From Peptococcaceae bacterium BICA1-8 (GTDB lineage: Bacteria; Bacillota; Peptococcia; Peptococcales; BICA1-8), in the NCBI GenBank assembly GCA_000802045.1, contig JUEF01000126.1, positions 8,607 through 72,606 of the forward strand: a stretch of 64,000 nucleotides of DNA, read 5' to 3'. Each line of letters begins with the position of its first letter. Position 1 is the first letter of the stretch. The position numbers and the translations under genes are program-made. Below are positions 10,010-20,527 of the stretch, piece by piece. The notes under the pieces were generated by a model. That model saw nothing but the letters and a program-made list of their open reading frames with translations, was not told where the DNA came from and searched no databases.

Positions 10010-10912
10010 ATGGAATATCCATATGAGAATAAGGGGAACCAGATAGCCAAGGATCACGAATATTTAGTACCTTTCCCTGATAAGAGTCGCCGCAATCTGC
10101 GAGCTGACTGCAAAAATTGTTTCGGTTTGTGTTGTGTCGCACTGTACTTTTCAGCTTCAGAAGGGTTCCCAGTCGACAAAGACGCAGGTCAACCTTGCCT
10201 CAACCTGCAACCAGACTTTAGCTGTTGTGTTCACGAAAGCCTCATGGACCTGGGACTTAAAGGTTGCATCTCTTTTGATTGCTTTGGCGCAGGGCCAAAG
10301 GTTGCTCAAGTAAACTTCAGTGGACACGATTGGCGGAAAACCCCTGAATCCGCGGAGAAAATGTTCAAGATATTTCTAATCATGGGGCAGCTTCATGAGT
10401 TACTCTGGTATTTGACAGAAGCACTGACGTTAAAACCAGCTCGTCCTATCCATGTTGCCTTGAAACTCATGCTCGACGAGACGGAACGCCTAACTCATCT
10501 CAGCCCCGATTCTCTCATGGAACTGGACGTAGCAGCCCACAGAGCAAATGTTAATACTCTATTCCTAAAGACCAGTGAACTTGTCCGAGCCGAAGCTCGT
10601 AGCGGGCAGAAGACCCCTTCGAGGCATAAAAAGATTCTTGGCCGAGGATTAGACCTTAGTGGGGCAGACCTCAGACGAACCGATATGAGAGGGAAAAATT
10701 TGAGAGGAGCCTACCTTATTGCGGCTGATCTTAGCGGAGTCGATTTGTGTGGAGCTGATCTTATCGGGGCTGATTTGCGAGATGCTAACCTCAGAGGAGC
10801 GAATCTAACTGATAGTATCTTTCTAACCCAAGCCCAGATTAACACGGCGAAGGGGGATACTGGGACAAAATTACCCCCATCACTATCTCACCCAAAACAC
10901 TGGGGACTTTAA
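10010..10912 (+). CDS. Pentapeptide-repeat protein with Cys-rich N-terminus (YybG-like)
   Basis: ADCKNCFGLCCVAL; C-terminal A(D/N)LxG repeats; start uncertain (10004 or 10010). Confidence 0.85.
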   Translation: MEYPYENKGNQIAKDHEYLVPFPDKSRRNLRADCKNCFGLCCVALYFSASEGFPVDKDAGQPCLNLQPDFSCCVHESLMDLGLKGCISFDCFGAGPKVAQVNFSGHDWRKTPESAEKMFKIFLIMGQLHELLWYLTEALTLKPARPIHVALKLMLDETERLTHLSPDSLMELDVAAHRANVNTLFLKTSELVRAEARSGQKTPSRHKKILGRGLDLSGADLRRTDMRGKNLRGAYLIAADLSGVDLCGADLIGADLRDANLRGANLTDSIFLTQAQINTAKGDTGTKLPPSLSHPKHWGL

Positions 10913-11086
10913 CACAAGGGGGTATTGACGCCCATTGGCTTATACAACTTAATATGCTATTGTGGAAAGGCCCTTAGAGGCCTTATTTTTGTCGAAATTA
11001 AGGGAAATTTTGGGGAAGGAAAGTAAAGAGTAGGAACGGAATACTTAGCATTATGTAATGATTTTGTTATTGATGGGAAGGAAGGG

Positions 11087-11995
11087 ATGAAATTTATGAG
11101 AAAATTTGATTTTAAGAAAATTGATGCCTTTGCTACTAGTAAATCCGATGGAAATCCTGCAGGATATATAAAGCTAAGTTCAAAAGATAGTATTAATAAG
11201 GATGAAATGCAAAGGATAGCAAAAGAGTTAAAAGGGTTTGTAAATGAAGTTGGTTATATTTATAGGGAAAGTGATAACACGTTTTCATTAAAATACTATT
11301 CATCGGAACGCGAAGTTGAATTTTGTGGGCATGCAACAATTGCAATAATGTATGATCTAATAAAAAATAGTAAGGAATTGATGGATAGGCAAGTAATTAA
11401 TATTATAACAAATAAAGGAAATTTGATTGTAGAAAATAAAATTTTAAGTGATGATGCTGTCTTTATAATGTCTCCAACTCCAGAGTTTAGGACAGTAAAA
11501 ATTCAGAGCAAAGAAGTTGCAGACGCATTAAATATTAATATTAATGCTATTGGTAATAAGTTTGATTCATCAATTGTAAATGCTGGATTAGAGACCTTAA
11601 TAATTCCCATCAACTCTTTGAAATCAATATTAAGTATTAATCCTGAAATTGATACACTTAGGAATTTTTGTATAAAAGTGGGTATAGATATAATCGAAGT
11701 TTTTTGTGAAGAAACATATGACAAAAAAAGTAATTTTAGATCAAGAGTATTTGCACCAACATTTGGTTACTTGGAAGACCCTGCTACAGGGTCTGGGAAT
11801 TCTGCATTTGGGTACTATCTTATAAAAAACAACTTATGGAAGGGAGATTCCCTAATAATAGAACAAAATGGAATCAAAGAGAGATACAATATTGTAAAAT
11901 TAAGAAAAGGATTAGATGATGATGGAAATACTCGAGTTCTTTTCGGGGGTGGAGCAATTACAAGAATAGAAGGTAAGTATAATCTATGGACCTGA
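11087..11995 (+). CDS. PhzF-family isomerase/epimerase
   Basis: IDAF...GNPAG, EVEFCGHAT, EDPATGS. Confidence 0.92.
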   Translation: MKFMRKFDFKKIDAFATSKSDGNPAGYIKLSSKDSINKDEMQRIAKELKGFVNEVGYIYRESDNTFSLKYYSSEREVEFCGHATIAIMYDLIKNSKELMDRQVINIITNKGNLIVENKILSDDAVFIMSPTPEFRTVKIQSKEVADALNININAIGNKFDSSIVNAGLETLIIPINSLKSILSINPEIDTLRNFCIKVGIDIIEVFCEETYDKKSNFRSRVFAPTFGYLEDPATGSGNSAFGYYLIKNNLWKGDSLIIEQNGIKERYNIVKLRKGLDDDGNTRVLFGGGAITRIEGKYNLWT

Positions 11996-12186
11996 TCAAA
12001 GAACTCGAATTACAGAAAATACAAAAAGAGTAGTGCTCACCGTAGATGAATCATGGAAGGTAGCCTATAAGTGATTAGAAATTTAAGGTTGGATCCAATA
12101 AAATAAATTTAATAGAAACTGAGGATAATGATAAACTATGATTTTAGAAGAGGATTTATTAAATAAAAACAAAGCTGGTGGGATAA

Positions 12187-12843
12187 TTGAAGATATGTAC
12201 CTTTAATATACAGCACTGTGTGAGAACAGCCCCAGGTTTAATTGGAAAGTACATAAAGGAGTTAAATATAGATATAGCTGTCTTGCAGGAAGTTGATAAA
12301 TACGCAGCTAGGTCAAATTATATTGATCAGGTTGAGGTAATCAAGGAAAATGCGGGGATGGGATTTGCGGCCTTTTATAGTTGCTTAAAATTTAAAGATG
12401 GCGGCGAATATGGGATTGCGTTATTAACAAAAAACACGCCTATTAGTATAGAGGTATTAAATTTATCAGTTAAAGGGGATAGGGAACCTAGGGGAGCGAT
12501 ATTATTGAAAACTGCTGACCAGAATAAGGAGTTTTATTGTTGCGGTACCCATCTATCTACTATATCTAAATATGCTAAAATGCAGCTGGAAAAAACACTT
12601 TATTCTTTAGAGAATAGAAAATTGCCCTGGATATTAGCCGGAGATTTTAATATAGAGGATACCAAGGAGCTTCGCCCAGATGCTAGTTTTGAAGCCAACA
12701 GTTTACCTACTTGGCCGGTAGACAATCCCCAAAAAAAGATTGACCACGTACTTTGTTCAGAAACATTTAAAAATAGGGTGAAAAGCCAGGTAGTATGTAA
12801 TGAGGCACTTTCGGACCATTGTATTCTTGTTGCTAATTTTTAA
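12187..12843 (+). CDS. Endonuclease/exonuclease/phosphatase family protein
   Basis: TFNI, LQEVD, THL, AGDFN, IDH, SDH motifs. Confidence 0.9.
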   Translation: MKICTFNIQHCVRTAPGLIGKYIKELNIDIAVLQEVDKYAARSNYIDQVEVIKENAGMGFAAFYSCLKFKDGGEYGIALLTKNTPISIEVLNLSVKGDREPRGAILLKTADQNKEFYCCGTHLSTISKYAKMQLEKTLYSLENRKLPWILAGDFNIEDTKELRPDASFEANSLPTWPVDNPQKKIDHVLCSETFKNRVKSQVVCNEALSDHCILVANF

Positions 12844-13021
12844 TAATTGAGGAAAGGTAGGGGTGCTAGTTGTTGTGAGCCAATTACCTGCAAATTTAAA
12901 AGAGAGCAGAATTAGTCATCAACCAACATGCTGATGGTATAAAAGAGGAATACACGTACCATTGGTTAACTGATCATGGAAAGTCCCAAAGGTAGGAAAT
13001 GATAGTAAAGGGCGTTTTAGC

Positions 13022-13927
13022 TTATTTTGGCTTACTTATAAACATCTGGGTAAATAAATATCCATACCTATCACTTTTCCTCATTCCTATTCCAATATGA
13101 GTAAACTGAGAATGCAGAATATTTTTCCTATGGCCCGATGAATTCATTAATGCGTCGTGGGCTTTTTGGACGGTTGAATTTCCAGCGAGGTTTTCTCCTG
13201 CATATATATACTTAACTCCAAACTCATCCAGCATGTCAAAAGGACTACCATAGGTTGGTGAATTATGGCTAAAGTAATTGTTATCAACCATATCCTGAGA
13301 TTTAATTCTTGCTACTTGTCTAACTTGACTGTCCATAGCTAATGGAGATAAATTATTTTTAGCCCTTTCGGAATTTACCAAAGAGAGCATTTGGTCTTCC
13401 AGAGATGGCAAGTTATTGTCTGTATCTTGTCTTGGTTCATTAGCATCAGGTCCAGGAACTACTCTATCTGGTGTTTCATCAGCATTTGGTTCACCTGCAA
13501 TGTCCCTGTCAACTGGTGGTTCTGGTTCTAATGGTGACTCATTTTCGGTACGGTCATTTTCAGGAAGGTTAGGTTGCTTTTCTTCTACAACTATAGGTGT
13601 AACATCTTCTACTGAAATAGCACCGACATAATTATTAACTAATTGAACTGTATACCAATCTCTAAATTTACCAACTACATCTACAACATCACCTTTGTTT
13701 AAGGTTGCTACAATTGGAAAATCCGAAGAATAGCCTGCTCTTACCTTTGAATTATTATTCACTACTCTTACTTTTTCAATAACACCTTTATCAAATATTG
13801 ATGACTCCTTTGTTTCAAGATCTATTTGCTTATTATCTTCGGGAATAATTTTTTTCTGAGGAGTTTGAGTACAAGCAAATGAGGCAAGGATGCTAGCTAT
13901 TAACAAAATAATAAATGCTCTTTTCAA
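13022..13927 (-). CDS. Lipoprotein with SH3b and CAP/SCP (YkwD-like) domains
   Basis: Lipobox FAC; LVNSERAK...KSQDM...YFSHNSPTYGSPF...GENLA...SSGHRKNIL. Confidence 0.88.
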   Translation of the reverse strand: MKRAFIILLIASILASFACTQTPQKKIIPEDNKQIDLETKESSIFDKGVIEKVRVVNNNSKVRAGYSSDFPIVATLNKGDVVDVVGKFRDWYTVQLVNNYVGAISVEDVTPIVVEEKQPNLPENDRTENESPLEPEPPVDRDIAGEPNADETPDRVVPGPDANEPRQDTDNNLPSLEDQMLSLVNSERAKNNLSPLAMDSQVRQVARIKSQDMVDNNYFSHNSPTYGSPFDMLDEFGVKYIYAGENLAGNSTVQKAHDALMNSSGHRKNILHSQFTHIGIGMRKSDRYGYLFTQMFISKPK

Positions 13928-14012
13928 TTAAAATTCCTCCTAAGATTAAATTTTCTTATTTAGTCTCTGCTATTCCGCCCACGAGCATTCCTGCTGGTCG
14001 TGTTTTTTTGGA

Positions 14013-14049
14013 ACAATTCGGGGACGGTTCTTGACTTGCGCAAAAATTA
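14013..14049 (+). repeat. Dispersed repeat, copy 3
   Basis: ACAATTCGGGGACGGTTCTTGACTTGCGCAAAAA. Confidence 0.75.
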
Positions 14050-14204
14050 AAGGGTATATAAACTGATTAATAGAGTAATTTGCAGAAAGTTAATTTATTG
14101 CCTAGAATAACTAAGAGGTTAATACAACTACTACGTGGTAATAGATAACATAAGAATTGCTGTCTATACGTGACGAAGAAATGGGTTTAATTAGGAGGAC
14201 TATT

Positions 14205-14780
14205 ATGCAAGTTTTGCTTTTAAATGGTTCAAGTAAAGATGATGCCTTTTCTCAACAGTTATGTGATATTTTTGTCAATGAGCTTGAGAAACATGATAAC
14301 AAAGTTGAAGTCATAGAGCTTTGCGATACTAAAATTGAAAGTTGCCTCGGGTGCTTTGGTTGCTGGGTAAAAACACCTGGTATTTGCGTAATAAATGATG
14401 CAGGACGAGACTTAGCCAAGTCTGTCGTACAGAGTGATCTGGTTATTTCTGTTTCGTTAGTTACTTTTGGGGGATATTCTTACGAACTAAAAAAAGCACT
14501 TGACCGCCTAATACCAATTATTTCACCATTTTTTAAAAAGATTAATGGTGAGGTGCATCATAAACCACGATATAAACGTTACCCAAAGGCCATAAGTATA
14601 GGTACCCTAACCGAAAACAAACAAGAGTTAATTGATACTTTTCAGTATCTTGTTAAGAGGAATGCAATTAATATGCATAGCCCAGTTTACTTAAGTAGGG
14701 TATTTTTGAATAGCGAAGCGGTCCAAGGTTTAAGACAAGAGGTTTTTGAAGTTCTTAAGGAAGCGGGGGCAGTTAAATGA
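14205..14780 (+). CDS. Iron-sulfur flavodoxin-like protein (NADPH-dependent FMN reductase family)
   Basis: LLNGS, CLGCFGCWVKTPGIC. Confidence 0.85.
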   Translation: MQVLLLNGSSKDDAFSQQLCDIFVNELEKHDNKVEVIELCDTKIESCLGCFGCWVKTPGICVINDAGRDLAKSVVQSDLVISVSLVTFGGYSYELKKALDRLIPIISPFFKKINGEVHHKPRYKRYPKAISIGTLTENKQELIDTFQYLVKRNAINMHSPVYLSRVFLNSEAVQGLRQEVFEVLKEAGAVK

Positions 14781-15453
14781 ATAAAAGAGCATTGTTATTA
14801 ATAGGCAGCCTGAAACCAGCCTCAAGTACTTCTGAAGCAGTCGGAAATTATCTATTGGATAAATTGCGTCAATATGATATTAAAGGAGAGAAGATTAAAC
14901 TCATTCAAATACTAAAACATGAAGATGGAATTAATGAACTGATTTCGGCTATAAACAATTGTGATATTTTGATTCTATCATCCCCTCTATATTTGGACAG
15001 TGCTCCAGCAATAGTCACTAAAGCAATGGAGTTGATAAGTAACGAAAGAAAAAGTCGCGAACATATAAAAAGACCGAGAATGATAGCTATTTGTAATTCC
15101 GGCTTTCCTGAGGCCCACCAAAATAACACAGCTCTAAGTATATATCGCCACTTTGCAAACGCGTCGAGTTTTGAATGGGCTGGGGGGCTTGCTTTGGGTG
15201 GTGGAGGTTCGATTGACAGTCGCCCCATAGATAGTCTAGGAGGAATGGTAAGGAATGTAGTAAAGTCGTTGGATCTTACAGCGGCAGCTATTGCAGGCGG
15301 TGAGCATATTCCGGAGGAAGCAATAAATTAATGGCTAAACCATTTGTTCCTCATTGGTTATATTTTATATTTGGTCAGTTTGGCTGGCGAATTCAAGCAA
15401 AAAAATATGGGGTTCAAAAAAACCTTAATGACCGGCCGTATGAAGTAAATTAA
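14777..15453 (+). pseudogene. Flavodoxin-like NAD(P)H oxidoreductase, apparently frameshifted near the C-terminus
   Basis: ORF stops at 15331; adjacent frame continues MAKPFVPHWLY...DRPYEVN* to 15453. Confidence 0.65.
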
Positions 15454-15489
15454 ATTAAATTAAATTAACTTAAGTTAAATTAAATTATG

Positions 15490-16014
15490 TTAATATAACT
15501 TAAGTTCCCAACGTTCTTCTGTTAAATCTTTTCCCCACAAGAAATGTGACTTGCTTTCTGTTAATTCAAATCCAAAATTTTGATATAGATAACGGGCAGC
15601 TTTTAAAAAGTCAATAGTCAATAGAAATACTGTTTTATAATTTTGAGATTTACAGAAGCTAACTGCAGTAGTCATTAAATTTCTACCTAGACCAAAACCT
15701 CTAAATTTCGGATCAATTATAAACCATCTGAGTTGTGCACTATTATGGTCAACTTTAATAATTGCAATAGCACCAACAATATGATTACCATATTCCGCTA
15801 CCCAAATCATACTTCCTTGTTTATCCTTAGTATCTAAAAAAGTTGCCATGCTAGGCAAAACATATTGCTCAAATGATTCAGCATCAAAAGCGTACTCGCT
15901 TTCATAAAGCCTACAATGCATAAAATCAATATAGCCTAGATCCCCAGGTTTATAATTGCGAATATGAATATTATTAATGTCATGAACTCTTGAAATTTTA
16001 TCCATTAAGTACAC
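15490..16014 (-). CDS. GNAT acetyltransferase
   Basis: AQLRWF, RGFGLGR, ARYLYQNFGF. Confidence 0.9.
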   Translation of the reverse strand: MYLMDKISRVHDINNIHIRNYKPGDLGYIDFMHCRLYESEYAFDAESFEQYVLPSMATFLDTKDKQGSMIWVAEYGNHIVGAIAIIKVDHNSAQLRWFIIDPKFRGFGLGRNLMTTAVSFCKSQNYKTVFLLTIDFLKAARYLYQNFGFELTESKSHFLWGKDLTEERWELKLY

Positions 16015-16303
16015 CCTTTTAAAGTCCTTTTGTTATATAATACCAATTAGACATGACTAAAGTAAACTAAAATATTGGTATTAAAATCAACTGAGTTTTT
16101 AATTGTCTATGTTGAAGACTCAATGGGAGAATAAAAACAGATTAATCTTATGGAATTGAAGTAACGGGTACATACATTTATCGGTGCAAGATGAGAGAAT
16201 TCTATGGTTCATTGATGAAGATGAGGCTGAGGAAAAATATACCTCGATAGAAAAGGTCTTGACGTGATGCTTTGAAATTTTCAATACTGGAGGAAAATAA
16301 TTT

Positions 16304-16633
16304 ATGGCAATGGAAGCAGAAACTATCACAATGCTTACAATGGGATTCTCTATCACTATAGTAATAAGTTTAATCATAGTATTATGGCTCTGGTATAAGC
16401 GAAAGAATTCAGTAAACGTTTGGTTTTTAGTCCAGGGTGCTTTCTTAGCGTTAAGTTTTTATTATATTTTAGAAATTTTAAAAGGAAGACCAGAAATCTC
16501 AGCAGGTATGTTATCTGAAGAAAATTCCTTATCAATAGGAAAAGCGGGAGTTTTATGGGCAATTAGTATGGTAAGTATGCTTTGTGGCATATGGCAATTG
16601 AATACAGCCCGTCACAAAGGTAGGAAAGGATAA
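16304..16633 (+). CDS. Small membrane protein
   Basis: GGAGG RBS; three TM segments. Confidence 0.65.
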   Translation: MAMEAETITMLTMGFSITIVISLIIVLWLWYKRKNSVNVWFLVQGAFLALSFYYILEILKGRPEISAGMLSEENSLSIGKAGVLWAISMVSMLCGIWQLNTARHKGRKG

Positions 16634-16850
16634 CAAGAGCAAGATAAGGGCTTAAAGAGGAAGTAGAAAGAAATTTTGAGGCTACTATGTTGCGGATTAT
16701 TCGTCCCGCATTGAAGGATAGGTAATAATTTAATATTATTGTACATATATGGTATATACATTAAAATAATTTTAAGTGGAGTATTATTAAGTCAACATGG
16801 TTACATCTTAAGTAAAATAATTAAACATTGGGAGTAAGGGGTGGGGTTGT

Positions 16851-17159
16851 TTGAGTTCATCGACATTTATAGCAATATATATGCCTTTATTTATATTGTT
16901 TTTTATTATTATCCCCCGACAACGTGAAATACAAAAAGCAATAACTTTAAAAATAAAGAAGAGGAAGGACGTAATAATAATGACAAACGAGGTAATTAAA
17001 AAATATATAGGAGAAAATTGTAAGATATCCTCAGGATCATTAGGGATAAATGTAGTAGGAGTAATAACTGATGTAAATGAAAATTGGATTGAAGTTGAAA
17101 CTAAAAAAGGTAAAGAGCTAATAAATGCGGATTATATTCAAAGTATTAAAATAAAGTAA
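16851..17159 (+). CDS. Small hypothetical protein (N-terminal TM plus beta-rich domain)
   Basis: TTG start after GGGGTGG; coherent ORF. Confidence 0.6.
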   Translation: MSSSTFIAIYMPLFILFFIIIPRQREIQKAITLKIKKRKDVIIMTNEVIKKYIGENCKISSGSLGINVVGVITDVNENWIEVETKKGKELINADYIQSIKIK

Positions 17160-17208
17160 GCTTGAGGAAGGTTAAAAGAAAGTTCAAATTAAGAAAAGAG
17201 GGAAATGT

Positions 17209-18576
17209 GTGGAGAATCTTCTTACGGGAACCACAAGGCATGCTATTAAGTTTTTAGAATCCTTAGAGCAAAGAAAAGTTTTTCCAACACCAGAAGCCAT
17301 TGAGCAGTTAAATTCTTTTTATGAGCCATTGCCCTCCCAATCAATGAAGCCAGAAGAGGTCATAAATATATTAAACAATCTGGGAACACCTGCTTTAGTT
17401 GCCAATGCAGGCGGGCGGTATTTTGGTTTTGTCATAGGAGGTTCTTTACCGGCGGCCCTTGCGGCCAATTGGCTTGCCGGTGCATGGGATCAGAATGCTT
17501 TTAGTAACAGTAGTTCGCCCCTTGCTGCAGCACTTGAAGAGATATCCTTAAAATGGATCGCGGAAGCGCTAGTATTGCCTTCAGATTGCGGAGGGGCTTT
17601 TGTAACAGGGGCAACCATGGCAAATTTTAGCGGATTAGCGGCAGCTCGCCATAAGGTGTTAGAGGACATGGGCTGGGATGTAGAAAATGATGGATTATTT
17701 GGCGCTCCTCCTATTAAGGTGGTAGTTGGAGAAGAGGCCCATTCAACTTTATTTAAAGCTCTTGGTTTATTAGGTTTAGGGCGTAAACGTGTCTTAACTG
17801 TTCCTGTTGACGGTCAGGGGAGGATGAAAGCAGAAGCACTTCCTCCTTTAGATAAATCTACTATTGTTTGTATCCAGGCTGGCAATGTCAATACAGGTGC
17901 CTTTGACCCGGCGGAGGAGATTTGTGCTATAGCCCATGCTGCTGGAGCTTGGGTTCATGTAGACGGAGCCTTTGGTTTATGGGCACTAGCGACACCAAAT
18001 AAAGCCCATTTGGCAGCTGGCTTTAAAAACGCGGATTCCTGGGCTACAGATGCCCATAAATGGTTAAATGTGCCCTATGACAGTGGAGTAGTTTTAGTAC
18101 GGAACCCAAAACATCTCTACAAAGCAATGTCTATTAGTGCCACCTATTTACCGGAAGGGATGAAAAAGGAACCCTTCCACTATACCCCGGAAACATCTAG
18201 ACGGGCTCGCGGGATTGAAAGCTGGGCTGCTTTAAAGTCTCTTGGTCGATTAGGTCTAATTGAGCTCATTGAGAGGAACTGTCGTTTTGCCCGCTTATTT
18301 GCTGAAAGGCTAAGAGCCGAAGGTTATGAAATTCTCAATGAAGTACAATTAAATCAAGTGCTTGTTTCTTTTGGTAGTGCAGAAATAACTGGCAAAGTAA
18401 TCGCTGCAATACAGGCTGATGGGACTTGTTGGTGTGGAGGAACTACCTGGCAGGGTCATGTGGCTATGCGCATTAGCGTATCCTCATGGTGTACCACAGA
18501 AGAAGATGTAGAGCAAAGTTTAGCAGCAATGCTTCGTATAGCTACTGAGATTGTTGATAAAGAAGCTAAGGAATAA
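17209..18576 (+). CDS. Group II PLP-dependent decarboxylase
   Basis: GATMAN, HVDGAFG, DSWATDAHKWLNVPYDSG. Confidence 0.92.
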   Translation: MENLLTGTTRHAIKFLESLEQRKVFPTPEAIEQLNSFYEPLPSQSMKPEEVINILNNLGTPALVANAGGRYFGFVIGGSLPAALAANWLAGAWDQNAFSNSSSPLAAALEEISLKWIAEALVLPSDCGGAFVTGATMANFSGLAAARHKVLEDMGWDVENDGLFGAPPIKVVVGEEAHSTLFKALGLLGLGRKRVLTVPVDGQGRMKAEALPPLDKSTIVCIQAGNVNTGAFDPAEEICAIAHAAGAWVHVDGAFGLWALATPNKAHLAAGFKNADSWATDAHKWLNVPYDSGVVLVRNPKHLYKAMSISATYLPEGMKKEPFHYTPETSRRARGIESWAALKSLGRLGLIELIERNCRFARLFAERLRAEGYEILNEVQLNQVLVSFGSAEITGKVIAAIQADGTCWCGGTTWQGHVAMRISVSSWCTTEEDVEQSLAAMLRIATEIVDKEAKE

Positions 18577-18588
18577 GGAAATGGCTCA

Positions 18589-18631
18589 CAAAGAAGTAAG
18601 GAAACGGCATAACCGTATCCTTACTTCTTTT
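18589..18631 (+). terminator. Intrinsic terminator
   Basis: AAAGAAGTAAGGA...TCCTTACTTCTTTT stem. Confidence 0.75.
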
Positions 18632-18843
18632 TCGATATTAACTATTATTGGATAACTAATACTGTGTCAGATGGATATTATAATATAATGTTAAATAAAA
18701 TTAGAAAAGGATATAAACAAGCTAGTTTAAGACCATATAATGTTTCTGATCTCGGATTATTACCTTAATAACTAGTTCACTCTAGTATATAATGTTTAGT
18801 AAGAGAGAAATGGTTTTATAAAGACTAGGACTTGGGAGGCTTC

Positions 18844-20484
18844 ATGAAGAAATTATCATATAAAAAAGTACTATTAATTCTGTTACTAGCAGCTGTAGGC
18901 ATCTTTGCTTATTTATATTTCAGCAGTACATTTAATGAACAAAATCTAAAAGCAATCGATATCAAACTCATTTCCGGTAATAGTATTTCAGAGACTAATA
19001 CCCAAGACTATTTTTTGCTCTCACCCAAGGAGAAAGAACACATTGTTCAAGCTCTAGCCTCTATTACAAAGGAGGATTTTAAGCCACAGCAGATTACTGA
19101 TCAGTATAATATGCATCTACATAATCGCTGGGGATTCTCCAGAGAATACACAGTACTTTTTACTGAGAACACAACTGTATTCTTACAGGATCCTCAAGCA
19201 AATTTATACAAGGTGGGGGAGCCAGATTTTTTCTACAGTCATCCTGGATTTTATCACATTTACTCTGATCGTCTTAAGCCCGTAGTACAGATGACCCTTA
19301 ACGAAGACAAGGTATTATTTAATAGAATTGACAAACACTGGAGTTATCTAAAGCATGATGGACAGTGGAGTATACAAAAATTTGATCGTAATAACGATGC
19401 AGTAATAAACGAAAAGGTGACTATTCTCTCAAGGGATGACAAGCTAGAAGTCCGAGCGGAAAAGGCACCTGATTATTCTCATTTGAAAATTGTAAACTCA
19501 ACTACAGAAAGAGTCGTTTTTGAGGAACAGGTGGATTTAAATCAACTGCCTTTTCCACATATGAACGGTAGCTTTTCTTATGAAATAATAATGGATTGGA
19601 CTGATGAAACTAAGTTTTATCGAGGGGAATCTGAAATTAACATCCCAGTATTATTAGATGTTCCGGAGGAATTTGTATTTTCTAAACAGCGGGTTACTCA
19701 GGGGGATATGATTGAGGTTTCAGTTTACAACGTGGAAAATCTTGAGGATATTTTCTTTGAACAATCCATATATAAGGAGTTTCGCTGGTATAAACAGGAT
19801 GGCCTTATTAGAGGGTATATTCCTACAAATTACAGTATTAAGCCTGGACAATATCAGGTAAAATATGGCAATCGGAAAAAAGGTACTGAGTTTTCTCAAG
19901 AGATTGAGGTAGTTGCCCATAATTACAATATTCAACATCTAGTTATCAATGAGCAGATAGAGCAAGAGACGAGAAATGATGCTGCATATGATGAATTTGC
20001 CAAATATTTTACCCCTGTTCGAAAACAATCTGGACTAGAAAGATATTATACGGAACCTTTCATTTTGCCAACTAAAGGGCGTTTAAGCACGGAGTTTGGA
20101 CAAACACGCTATGTGAATGGTGCGCCAACTTCGTCTAGACATTCTGGATTGGATATAGCTGCACCTACAGGAACGGAAATTAAAGCCATAAATGGTGGCA
20201 AAATAGTATTGGCTATGCCTCTAATTCTCACGGGTAATACCATCGTAATTGATCATGGGCAAGGATTATTTAGCGTGTATTATCATATGCATGAAAGCTT
20301 TGTGACTGTTGGTGAAATGGTTGAGCAGGGGCAGAGGATTGGAACTGTTGGAACAACTGGCTTTTCAACAGGTCCTCATCTGCACTTTACCGTGTCCTAT
20401 TATACTATGAATATTGAACCTGGTTTTCTTATCGTAGGACAACCAATTACATATGCTAATTATCTAGAGTTTATGCAAAATTAA
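18844..20484 (+). CDS. M23-family metallopeptidase with N-terminal anchor
   Basis: HSGLD, IDHG, YYHM, STGPHLH. Confidence 0.92.
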   Translation: MKKLSYKKVLLILLLAAVGIFAYLYFSSTFNEQNLKAIDIKLISGNSISETNTQDYFLLSPKEKEHIVQALASITKEDFKPQQITDQYNMHLHNRWGFSREYTVLFTENTTVFLQDPQANLYKVGEPDFFYSHPGFYHIYSDRLKPVVQMTLNEDKVLFNRIDKHWSYLKHDGQWSIQKFDRNNDAVINEKVTILSRDDKLEVRAEKAPDYSHLKIVNSTTERVVFEEQVDLNQLPFPHMNGSFSYEIIMDWTDETKFYRGESEINIPVLLDVPEEFVFSKQRVTQGDMIEVSVYNVENLEDIFFEQSIYKEFRWYKQDGLIRGYIPTNYSIKPGQYQVKYGNRKKGTEFSQEIEVVAHNYNIQHLVINEQIEQETRNDAAYDEFAKYFTPVRKQSGLERYYTEPFILPTKGRLSTEFGQTRYVNGAPTSSRHSGLDIAAPTGTEIKAINGGKIVLAMPLILTGNTIVIDHGQGLFSVYYHMHESFVTVGEMVEQGQRIGTVGTTGFSTGPHLHFTVSYYTMNIEPGFLIVGQPITYANYLEFMQN

Positions 20485-20527
20485 AATTAAGCAAAATGAT
20501 AAGGATTAGTAAATTTAGAATAGAGAA

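Noticed and set aside
10911-10945. Fragment resembling a Firmicutes gene-cassette repeat (AACACAAGGGGGTATTGACG)
   Set aside because: Single short copy with no complementary arm in the window; resemblance is from memory only
15446-15488. (TAAAT)n run between convergent genes
   Set aside because: Low-complexity AT microsatellite with no evidence of function
16108-16267. Possible decayed gene fragment on the + strand
   Set aside because: Interrupted by a stop and no recognisable family
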